Below, one piece after another: positions 1 through 7,748 of a DNA stretch of 14,203 nt; the stretch's first letter is position 1, and each line of letters opens with the position of its first letter. Below the pieces are notes generated by a model, which was not told where the DNA came from, made no database searches, and saw only the letters and a program-made list of their open reading frames with translations. The stretch is from contig CAWHXD010000002.1 of NCBI GenBank assembly GCA_963833225.1, forward strand, positions 1 to 14,203, in the 5' to 3' direction. Source of the DNA: an uncultured Chloroflexia bacterium. GTDB taxonomy: Bacteria > Chloroflexota > Limnocylindria > Limnocylindrales > CSP1-4. The position numbers and the translations under genes are program-made.

Positions 1-855
1 CCTCCGCCACTACCGACGCTCCCACCGGGCCCACCCTGACCACCGCCCGTCGAACCGGGATCGCCCGGGAGAACGGCACCGGTGAGCGGGCCAGGGCTGG
101 ATGACGGTGCCGCGCTGGCGGCCATGGCGTCGCTGCCATCCGGGGACGGAGTGACAAGGGCCGGTACCGTCAATCCCGGCGAGGTCCCCGGCTCCAGGAC
201 GCCGTGAGGCAGCGGTGAGACCGTGGGTTGCGGCGTGTCCGCCGGCGTCGGCCGCGGGGTCGGTTTCGGGGTGGGCGCAGGCGTGGACTTCGGTGCCGAG
301 GTGGAGGTCGGCTTCGGGGTCGGCTTCGGGGTCGGCTTCGGGGTGGCTCGGGGTGGGCTTCGGGGTGGGCTTTGGGGTGGGCTTTGGGGTGGGCTTTGGG
401 GTGGGCTTTGGGGTGGGCTCTGGGGTGGGCTGCGGCGTGACCGTGATCATCGGACCCGGCAGGGAGTCCTTGAACCGTTCGCGGTCGGAAGCCTCGAAGG
501 CGGTCTTCCAGGTTCCGGCCGGAAGCGTCATGGTGACGGTGTACTGGGCGCCCTTCTTGAGGTCCTCGCTCGACGACGCGAGGTGCATGGCCTTGGTCGT
601 GCCAGCGACCACCACCCGCACGTAGTCGGGCGTGTCCCCGCCCGCGTTTCGATACATGACCGAGAAGGTGATCGGGGTCCGGGTCGTTCCGCCCGACGGC
701 GTGACCTTCGGATCGAACAGGCTGGTCGGTCCGTCGCCGGCGAACGCCGGCAGCACGGTCACGGCGACGAGGAGGGCAGCCGCCACCAGGGCCCGGACCG
801 GGGCGAGACCCGGTCCCGGGGCGATGGCGCGAGCGATGCCCGTGCGAGGACCCAA
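1..855 (-). CDS. Secreted/cell-surface protein: signal peptide, small beta-rich domain, long Pro/Thr/Lys-rich linker; frameshifted near 346 and running off the window edge
   Basis: GAGGAGG RBS 11 nt before TTG at 855. Hydrophobic signal-like segment ALVAAALLVAVTVLPAFA-G. Globular part PTSLFDPKVTPSGG...PGPMITVT, then (PTPK)n. One repeat unit at ~345-349 is 2 nt short; restoring it gives a frame (PTPKPTSTSAPKSTPAPTP...GGGQGGPGGSVGSGG) open to position 1. Confidence 0.75.
305..430. repeat. 12-bp coding tandem repeat (GGCTT[C/T]GGGGT[C/G]) encoding PTPK, about 10 copies
   Basis: Directly visible: ggcttcggggtc x3, one shortened unit, then ggctttggggtg repeats. Confidence 0.95.
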
Positions 856-1146
856 TGCGGTATCCGCCTCCTCGACGCTTCGAACGTGTCGATCCCCGTA
901 GCTCGGAGCATCGGAGCCAGACGGACGGTCCGCAATGGTACTGGGGTCCCGCTCGGGGCGGGACCGGAGGCGGCACCCCACGCGTGGCGAGGACCGACGG
1001 CTCACCGATCGCGATTGCCGGTGCGTTGAGTCGACACTTCCGCGTCCACCGGCGCAGGCGCGTGCGGCGCACCCGGACGGTCGCATCCTCCTACGTAGCC
1101 GGATGTAGCCATTCCGGCGAGATCCTGGGTGTCCGATCATCTCCCC

Positions 1147-1901
1147 ATGCAGGTCATAGCCACCAATGCGATCAGGCGCGCGGACCGACTGGCAATCGCG
1201 CGGGCCGCGCTGTCCGCCGTTCTCCTGCTGCTCGTCGGCCTCCTCGTCGGCTGGCTGTGCCTGGGCACGCCGCTGATCAGCGCCGTCCAGCCCCAGGGCC
1301 GGCCGACCGCGGCTCAGACGACGGTGGGCATCGTCGCCTGGGCGTTCGCGATCGTCGTGCCCGCCGGGCTTCTGCTCATCGGCGTCGCGCGCGTGGCAGC
1401 CACGATCGATGCGGTCCTGTCACTCCGTCCCGGCACCGTCGCATCGCGCCTGGCCAAGTCGCTGGGTCCGGACCATCTGGCGGCCAGCAGTTTCGTGCTG
1501 CCGGGTGGTCGACGGATCCACGAGCTCGTGCTGGGGCCGTTCGGCATCGCGATCCTGGGTGAGGTTCCCCCCCGAGCATGAGCCGTCATGTCGGCAGCCG
1601 CTGGGAGATCCGCGACGGCCGAGGGCGCTGGATCCCGATCGAGGCACCGACCGACCGGGCCGCCCGCGACGCCGAGCGGGTCCGCGGCTGGCTGACCACC
1701 GACGACCGTGACTTCCTCGTCCGCGTATACGCGGCAATCGTCACCGACGACCGGCGCATCCAGCGCACCCCGACGTGCGCGGTCGTGGCTCCCGAGGAAC
1801 TCGCGGGCTGGATGGCCGCGCTGCCGACCCAGCGGGGGCTCACGCCCGCGCGCATGACGCGACTCGTCGAGCTCATCAGGTCGGTCGCCGCGGCGGGTTG
1901 A
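1147..1901 (+). CDS. Membrane protein with two N-terminal TM helices and a degenerate NERD-like domain; split by an apparent 1-nt deletion in a C7 run (1567-1573)
   Basis: ORFs 1147-1581 and 1578-1901 join into ~251 aa if one C is added. TM segments AALSAVLLLLVGLLVGWLCLG and VGIVAWAFAIVVPAGLLLIGV. IHELVLGPFGIAILGE...W...PTDRAARDAERVRGWL...VRVYAAIV follows the NERD pattern. ATG 1147 lies 6 nt after GATCAT. Confidence 0.65.
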
Positions 1902-1987
1902 GCGAACCACGCCGCCGTTGCCGGGCGAGCGCCGTGCAGGGTCGCGGGCGGCACGATCGACTGGTCGTCGCATCGGAGCACCGAACG

Positions 1988-2064
1988 TGGTAGGGGAGCC
2001 AGGACTCGAACCTGGAACCGGCGGGATATAAGCCCGCAGCTCTAACCGATTGAGCTACTCCCCC
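1988..2064 (-). tRNA. tRNA-Ile, anticodon UAU (77 nt, encoded CCA)
   Basis: Minus strand reads GGGGGAG TA GCTC AATCGGTTA GAGC T GCGGG CT-TAT-AT CCCGC CGGTT CCAGG TTCGAGT CCTGG CTCCCCT A CCA. All four stems pair (G1-U72), TTCGA T-loop, A73, anticodon TAT at 2030-2028. Confidence 0.96.
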
Positions 2065-2107
2065 ACGGAGTCATGCCGACGTTGGCTCGCCCGACATCGG
2101 CACACCT

Positions 2108-2113
2108 AGCGTA
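2108..2113 (-). promoter_or_regulatory. Candidate -10 element (TACGCT) for the tRNA gene
   Basis: TAnnnT hexamer about 44 nt upstream of the mature tRNA 5' end. Confidence 0.4.
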
Positions 2114-2186
2114 CAGCGGACGGGGCCGATCGGCCGCGGAGTCCCTCGCATGCGCGAGAGTCCGTCGCATGCGCGCCCTGGCGATG

Positions 2187-2510
2187 TCAGCCGGCGTCCG
2201 TCGTGGTGTCCTGCTTGCCTCCACGGACACGACCCGTGATGGCACGCAGGCCCAATGTCGGCCCGCGCCGCTGGTGACGGCCATTCGTGCCAGCCCTCAC
2301 CAGGTCACCGGACGCCGTGGGATCACCCTGACTCAGGGTCAGCCCCCTGGCGAGCTGGCGCTCCTCTTCGGTCTGCTCGACCTCGAGCGGCAGGTCGTCC
2401 GGGTTGACGGGGCGTTCCGTCCGCACAACCGGCTCGACGAGAGGTCGAGCGTACGCCGGCGCTCCGTACAGCTTTGGCAGGGCAACGTGCCCGTGGTCCT
2501 CGTTGGCCAC
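2187..2510 (-). CDS. Hypothetical protein (~107 aa)
   Basis: GAGG 6 nt before GTG 2510 (alternative ATG 2516). Protein-like sequence HVALPKLYGAPAYARP...RPVNPDDLPLEVEQTEEERQL. Candidate -10 TATCAT at 2566-2561. Confidence 0.7.
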   Translation of the reverse strand: MANEDHGHVALPKLYGAPAYARPLVEPVVRTERPVNPDDLPLEVEQTEEERQLARGLTLSQGDPTASGDLVRAGTNGRHQRRGPTLGLRAITGRVRGGKQDTTTDAG

Positions 2511-2716
2511 ACGCATCCTCGATGCAGGCAGCTTCGCTGGCCAGCCAGTGGCCAGTGCCGATGATACCGGGCTGGATAAGTCCCGTTGGCGATAATCGCC
2601 GCCTTACAGGATCCACCGCGATCGGCTCGATCGCAACCCCCGGACGTCACTGCTCTGCCCGGCGGGCGACGCTCCGTTGCCCGGGTGCACCGCGTCGACC
2701 GGCACCATCACGCTCG

Positions 2717-3130
2717 TCAGCGGAGCAGCGGCTTGACGATCTCGTGCAGGACGACGAGCACCAGGTACGCGATGGGGACGGCTGCGAACAGCCCCAGCGC
2801 CGCGCTCCAGGGCGTGCGCGCAGAACGCCGTCCAGAGCCCGTCGGCAGCGGCACCACCAGCCAGGTCACGAGCGAACCGGCGACGAGCACGACCACCACG
2901 TAGGCGGTCACGGCGAGCAGTCGCAGATCACCGCCCGGAAGCGACATGCCGGCGTCGAGCGCGAGGTCGTAGGCGAGGAACAGGGTCCCGAGCACGACGG
3001 CCACGCTGAGGCTGCTCGCGACCGCACGGACGACCGGGCGAGGGGCTCGCCGGAGCTGCCGCCAGCGGACCTCGAGCCAGCCACGCCGGCGGACCTCCGG
3101 CCGAGCCGGACGCTCCGATGGGTGGAACAT
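2717..3130 (-). CDS. Hypothetical membrane protein, 3 TM helices (137 aa)
   Basis: Basic N-terminus followed by three hydrophobic segments. Starts 13 nt after the stop of the lyase gene, so probably co-transcribed. Confidence 0.8.
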   Translation of the reverse strand: MFHPSERPARPEVRRRGWLEVRWRQLRRAPRPVVRAVASSLSVAVVLGTLFLAYDLALDAGMSLPGGDLRLLAVTAYVVVVLVAGSLVTWLVVPLPTGSGRRSARTPWSAALGLFAAVPIAYLVLVVLHEIVKPLLR

Positions 3131-3143
3131 TCGATTCGGTCGG

Positions 3144-4395
3144 CTACCGGATCGGGCTTCCGTCGGCGCCGAGGACCGCGAGCGAGCGCCGCGGTGGCAG
3201 CGTCTCCGGGGTGTGGCCGGCCAGCAGCTCGACGGCCTCCGTGAACCGATCGAGCTCGGCTTCCGTCAGCCACCAGCCGACCGAGATTCGGAGCGCATCC
3301 AGTGCGGGCAGATCGCGCAGGATCGCGAAGGCCCGGTGCTCCAGCTCGTCCACAGCGGCCCGGGCGGGCCAGCCGTCGATCCGGAATGTCACCAGGGTGG
3401 CCATCGACGTCCGCGGGGTCATCAGGGTCACGCCCCGGATCGCAGCCAGATGCTCGGCCGTGGAGGCCGCCAACCGCCCCGCACGCTCGAGCGCCCAGGG
3501 CAGCCCGACATACATGGACAGCCAGCCGCAGCTGCGAGCGAACCCGACCAGCGACGGACGGTGGAACCCCGTGGCCTCGAAACGCCGCGCGCCGTGGTGG
3601 AGCCTGGGTTCGGCGACATCGAACGTCTCGTAGGACAGGAACCCGGCCGTCGGTGGCGTGACCGACTCGGCCAGCTGTCGCCGGACCCACAGGGCGCCCA
3701 TGCCCTCCGGGCCCAGGAGCCACTTCTGGGCAGGGACGGCATAGGCATCCACCCCGAGCTCATCGAGCTGGACCGGCATCGCTCCCGCCGACTGCGCGCC
3801 GTCGATGACCGAGACGGCGTCAGCGGCACGGGCGAGGCTCACCCAGCCGGGCGACCGGAAGCACGGCCCCGGTGGTCCACAGGACATGGCTGACCATGAT
3901 CGCGCGGGCCGGCCGCTCGAGCGCCCGGGTGAAGGCCTCGATCGTCCGGTCGTCATCGCCGCCGTCGCCGACGTCGACCAACTCCAGCTCGACCCCGGAC
4001 CGGTCCCGCAGCGCGATCAGCGGCCCGATGCCGCCGGGGTGCTCGTGGTGCGTGGTCAGGATGCGATCGCCCGGGCGCCATGGCAGCGCGCCGACGGCGA
4101 TGTTGACGCCGTCGGTCGTGGAGTGGGTAAGGGCAACGTCGGCGGGGTCGGCAACGAGAATGGCCGCGACGGCCGCGCGGGCCTCGGCCATCCGCTGCTG
4201 CGTCTCGGGCCACAGGTCCGGATGGGCACGACCGACGGCGAGCTCACGCGCGGCCTGCTCGTCCATCGCGCGCTGGGTCTCGGCCGGCAGGGGGCCGGCC
4301 GTGCCCGCATTGAGGTAGATCCCGGCGCCCGTCGCGGGCAGGACCTCCCGGACGGCGGCGATCTTCGCCGACTCGGGCATGAACGGGGCGACCAC
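3144..4395 (-). CDS. PLP-dependent aminotransferase class V enzyme, L-cysteine/cystine C-S lyase (C-DES)-like; 1-nt frameshift at ~3836
   Basis: Motifs YLNAGTAGPLP, THSTTDG, EHPG, SHVLWTTGAVLP, DGAQSAG, AQKWLLGPEGMG (PLP Lys), RFEAT, LRIS. The two ORF halves join to ~416 aa by removing one G at 3836/3837 (GAG C CTC GCC). Start GTG 4395 or ATG 4380. Confidence 0.88.
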
Positions 4396-4400
4396 CTCCG

Positions 4401-4407
4401 TATGATA
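4401..4407. promoter_or_regulatory. Overlapping divergent -10 elements (TATGAT on +, TATCAT on -) between the lyase and rhodanese genes
   Basis: TATCAT (4407-4402) lies 6 nt before GTG 4395. TATGAT (4401-4406) faces the rhodanese gene. Confidence 0.55.
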
Positions 4408-4459
4408 TCGGCGTCGCATGCGCCTGCCCCCGACCTGGCGACTGGTCACCTTGCCACTC

Positions 4460-5317
4460 ATGTTGGAGGCCGATCTGGCTGGCTTCGCCCACCCCGAGCT
4501 CCTCGCCTCACCCGAGTGGCTGGGGGAGAACCTCGGTCGCCCGGATCTCCGCGTGCTCGACGTACGATGGCGTCCGGACGGGACATCGGCCACCGTGTAT
4601 GGCACCGGACACATCCCGGGAGCCGTTCACCTGGAGTGGCGCACGTCGGTCGTCGACGTGCCGGAGGAAGGCGAGACTCCGCTGCTGGCCGCGCCGGAGC
4701 ACATGGCGGCCGCCATGGCGCACGCCGGTGTGGGCGACGGCACCTCGGCGGTGCTGTACGACGACACGCTCTCATACCTCGCGGCTCGTGTGTGGTGGAG
4801 CCTCCGAGCCTACGGCCACGAGTCCGCCCGGATCCTGGAAGGCGGCTTCCCCGGCTGGGTCGACGCCGGCCAGCCGGTGGCCAGCGGCATGGTTGAGGCG
4901 CCCGCGGCCGTGTTCACGCCGCGCGCCGTCGTCCGGCAGCGGCTCACGACGACCGACGTCCGGGGCCTGCTGGGAGCGCCCGACGTGCTCCTGGTCGATG
5001 CGCGAGGACCCGCCGAGTATCACGGGTTCGAGGGCAACGTGCGGCGCCTCGGTCACATCCCCGGTGCAGTCAACGTTCCCGTTGCCTCGATGCACGTCCC
5101 GGGGACGCAGCGCCTTCGCGATGCCGCTGAGCTTCGCTCGCTGCTGCTCAAGGCGAACATCACCCGCGGCCGGCGCCTCGTGTGCTACGACGGGTCCGGC
5201 GTCGCGGCGGCCAAGCTGGCGTTCGTGCTCACGTTGCTCGGCCACGACGATGTGGCGGTCTACGACGGCGGCTGGGCCGAATGGGGGGATCGGCTCGACC
5301 TGCCGGTGGACCGCTGA
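4460..5317 (+). CDS. Two-domain rhodanese/sulfurtransferase family protein (SseA/TST-like) with Asp at the catalytic Cys position
   Basis: LDVRW, GHIPGAV (twice), VLYDD, AARVWW, ILEGG, VDARGPAEY.G, C-terminal signature VYDGGWAEW. Active loop reads VCYDGSGVAA. 285 aa from ATG 4460. Confidence 0.9.
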   Translation: MLEADLAGFAHPELLASPEWLGENLGRPDLRVLDVRWRPDGTSATVYGTGHIPGAVHLEWRTSVVDVPEEGETPLLAAPEHMAAAMAHAGVGDGTSAVLYDDTLSYLAARVWWSLRAYGHESARILEGGFPGWVDAGQPVASGMVEAPAAVFTPRAVVRQRLTTTDVRGLLGAPDVLLVDARGPAEYHGFEGNVRRLGHIPGAVNVPVASMHVPGTQRLRDAAELRSLLLKANITRGRRLVCYDGSGVAAAKLAFVLTLLGHDDVAVYDGGWAEWGDRLDLPVDR

Positions 5318-5326
5318 CCGTCGAGA

Positions 5327-5911
5327 TCAGCCCTCCAACGGCTCCCCCTCGGTCCGCGAGGCGCCGCCCGGAGCTGCGCCTCGATCGAGGCCAGCCCACG
5401 GATCGACCTCGCGGTGCGGGGCCAGGATGTGCGCGCGGTGGTGATTGATCGCGACCAGCAACGCCTGCTCGCGCGCCTCACCCATGCGGTCCGACCAGTA
5501 GGTCGCGTCGGTGACCGGGAGAAACCGCCCGGTCAGCTCGCGGAGCGCGTCGCGCAGGCTGCCGCCCATCGGCATCAGGTGGATTGTGCCCACCACGTTG
5601 AACGGCGGGACGGAGATGATCGCCTGCTCCGGCGACTTGGGAGTCCGCAGCTCCGGCATCGAGGGCACCGGCTCGTTGGCGACCGCGAACAGCACAGCCT
5701 CGAGGTTGACCTGCGCGTAGTCCGAGCGAATCGGCTGTCCACGACCACCAAACTCCTCGACCGTGACGTCCTCGAGGATCAGGAACGGCTCGTCGCCCTG
5801 ATTGAGGATGTCGGTCACCCGATGCTGCCGGGTACGAACGGAGCCGCGCGTGATCAGCGCGTCCGTGTACAGGACCAGTTCCTTCTGACCGCCTTCATAT
5901 GCTTCGAACAT
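5327..5911 (-). CDS. Hypothetical protein with two tandem beta-rich repeats (DUF6812-like, possibly Sm-like fold), 194 aa
   Basis: GGAGG 6 nt before ATG 5911. The two halves share the pattern G-x-[VI]...D-x-L...FL-x-[LV]-x-D-[VA]T...[VI]N. Confidence 0.8.
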   Translation of the reverse strand: MFEAYEGGQKELVLYTDALITRGSVRTRQHRVTDILNQGDEPFLILEDVTVEEFGGRGQPIRSDYAQVNLEAVLFAVANEPVPSMPELRTPKSPEQAIISVPPFNVVGTIHLMPMGGSLRDALRELTGRFLPVTDATYWSDRMGEAREQALLVAINHHRAHILAPHREVDPWAGLDRGAAPGGASRTEGEPLEG

Positions 5912-6024
5912 CCGGATCCTCCGTGCAGGGCGCCCCCCGGAGCGCGCGTGCGCGTACCGCACAGGATACGTGTCCGCGTGCCACCTCGATACCCAAACGG
6001 GATCGCGAACGGTCGACCGGGGTC

Positions 6025-7722
6025 CTAGCGGCGGGCGCTCGCGGCCACGAGGTGCTCTGCGCCCTGCTGCAGACCCTCGTACAGCCGGGCGACGGCAGCG
6101 AGCGTGTCGATCTCGGCCGCCGGCTTGTCCGTGCGCAGCCTGGCGATGCGCGGAAACCGCAGCGCGTAGCCCGACTTGTGGCGGGTCGACCGCATGATCA
6201 CGTCGAACGCAACCTCGATCACGATGGACGGCTCGACGACCCGGTACCGGCCGAACGACCGGACCGTGTGCGCCTCGAACCAGCGGGTCATGTCCGCGAT
6301 CTCCGCGTCGGTGAGCCCGCTGTACGCCTTGCCGATCGTCACCGGCTCGCCGGTGGCATCGTCGCGGACCGCGAACGTGTAGTCGGACAGGACACCGTGG
6401 CGCTTGCCATGCCCCATCTCGACGCCGACCACCACGCAGTCGAGCGTCGCCAGCGCCTTCTTCATCTTGAGCCAGCCCAGCCCGCGCCGGCCGGGCGTGT
6501 AGAGGCTGTCCGGGTCCTTGACCATCAGCCCCTCGTTGCGCCGAGCCCGGGCATCGGTGAACTCGGCCTCAAGGCGTTCGACCGAGCCAACCGTCGCGAG
6601 GCGACTGAGCGCGAACCGCCCGCCGTCGGCGGCCAGCGGCAGCCGGAGCGTCTCGAGCCTCCGGCGCCGCTCGGTCAGCGGTGTCTCGAGCAGCGGCGCG
6701 ACGACACCATCCGCGTCGCGGTCCAACCCCAGGGCGTCCCAGGCCACGAAGATCACCGGAACCTTGGACCGGATGGCCGCGGACGGGTTCTTCCGCCCGA
6801 GCCGGGACTGGAGCTGGAGGAACGGCAGCACGATGCCGTCCTTCCAGGCCAGGATCTCGCCGTCCAGGATCCCGGCCCACGGCAGGTCACGGGCGCCGCC
6901 GATCACCTCGGGGAACTGGCCGCTGATGTCGTGGAGGTCGCGCGAGTAGAGCCGCACGTCCGACCCGGTCCGATGGAGCTGGGCACGGATGCCGTCGTAC
7001 TTGTCCTCGACCCAGACCGTCGGACCCAGCCGGGCGATAATCTCGGCCGCATCCTCGGCCGGTGAGGCGAGCATGAACCTGAGCGGGTGGAACAGCGCCA
7101 GGGCCGCCTCGGCCAGCCGGTCCTCACTTGCCAGCCGCGCGGTCCGGCCGACGTCGCCGGTGAGCATGCCGGCCCGCTTGACGGCCGCGAGCGGCCGATC
7201 GAACGCCTTGGCGATCGCCGCCTCCAGCAGACCTTCGCGGAGACCGATCCGGAGCTCGCCCGACAGGACCTTCACGATGCCCACAGCGGTCGCCGGCGAC
7301 GACCGGGTCAGCAGCGATTCGAGCAGCTCGCTCTTCGCGGCCGCTCCGGACGCCGCCTCGATGGCCTCGAAGGCCGCGCGAACGTCGGTCAGGGAGGGCT
7401 CGTCGGCCGGAGGCGGCGCGTGCCCGGCCTCGGCCAGCATCTCCCCGACCGCCGTGGCCACATCCGACGAGCGGTCGTAGGCACGCCGGAGCGCCTCGGG
7501 GTCCGCCGCGGCAACCTTGAGCACGCTGCCCGCAAGCCCCGCCCAGCCGAGGCCGACGGCCCGCTGGTCCGCCTCGGGAAACGGGCGTCCGGTCAGGAAC
7601 ACCGCCGCGATCGGAAGCTCGTCGTGCCCCAGATCGGCGAGATAGGCGGCCAGAATCGTGGTCTTCTCGGAGGTCCTGGTGGTCGCCGCGACGCTCTCGG
7701 CGATTTCGCTCCAGCGGCGCAT
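6025..7722 (-). CDS. ligB: ATP-dependent DNA ligase (LigB/archaeal-type with N-terminal DNA-binding domain), 565 aa
   Basis: Motif I EDKYDGIR, III ILDGEI, IIIa WDAL, IV EGLMVK, V WLKMK, VI LRFPR...LRTDK. N-terminal DBD features (GRPFP, ELRIGLREG). Confidence 0.95.
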   Translation of the reverse strand: MRRWSEIAESVAATTRTSEKTTILAAYLADLGHDELPIAAVFLTGRPFPEADQRAVGLGWAGLAGSVLKVAAADPEALRRAYDRSSDVATAVGEMLAEAGHAPPPADEPSLTDVRAAFEAIEAASGAAAKSELLESLLTRSSPATAVGIVKVLSGELRIGLREGLLEAAIAKAFDRPLAAVKRAGMLTGDVGRTARLASEDRLAEAALALFHPLRFMLASPAEDAAEIIARLGPTVWVEDKYDGIRAQLHRTGSDVRLYSRDLHDISGQFPEVIGGARDLPWAGILDGEILAWKDGIVLPFLQLQSRLGRKNPSAAIRSKVPVIFVAWDALGLDRDADGVVAPLLETPLTERRRRLETLRLPLAADGGRFALSRLATVGSVERLEAEFTDARARRNEGLMVKDPDSLYTPGRRGLGWLKMKKALATLDCVVVGVEMGHGKRHGVLSDYTFAVRDDATGEPVTIGKAYSGLTDAEIADMTRWFEAHTVRSFGRYRVVEPSIVIEVAFDVIMRSTRHKSGYALRFPRIARLRTDKPAAEIDTLAAVARLYEGLQQGAEHLVAASARR

Positions 7723-7729
7723 GATGGCG

Positions 7730-7741
7730 ATGGTATAGGGT
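7730..7741. promoter_or_regulatory. Back-to-back -10 elements (TACCAT on -, TAGGGT on +) for leaderless ligase and GNAT transcripts
   Basis: Each hexamer lies exactly 7 nt before its ATG (7722 and 7749). No RBS in the 26-nt spacer. Confidence 0.65.
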
Positions 7742-7748
7742 GTCGCCG

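Noticed and set aside
305-430. CRISPR array
   Set aside because: Contiguous 12-bp coding repeats with no spacers.
940-975. Hairpin GGTCCCGC-tcggg-GCGGGACC and a GCCTCCGGTC string reminiscent of a c-di-GMP-I riboswitch upstream of the secreted gene
   Set aside because: The GGCAAA, GNRA-loop and GACGCAAAG elements of that riboswitch are absent. An 8-bp GC stem is unremarkable at this GC content.
1902-2186. tRNA as an integration site or island boundary
   Set aside because: No integrase, no visible duplicated tRNA 3' end and no composition shift in the window.
5183-5191. Selenocysteine at the rhodanese active site
   Set aside because: The codon is GAC (Asp), not TGA, and the frame is uninterrupted.
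5899-7065. Long opposite-strand or alternative-frame ORFs (e.g. 5899-7065 +, 3805-4896 +, 9219-10412 -, and the 5' part of 10355-12292 +)
   Set aside because: Shadow ORFs of real high-GC genes: Arg/Gly/Pro-rich, no motifs, and overlapping well-supported CDSs.
6025-7722. NHEJ (Ku/LigD) locus
   Set aside because: The ligase lacks polymerase and phosphoesterase domains, and there is no Ku gene nearby.
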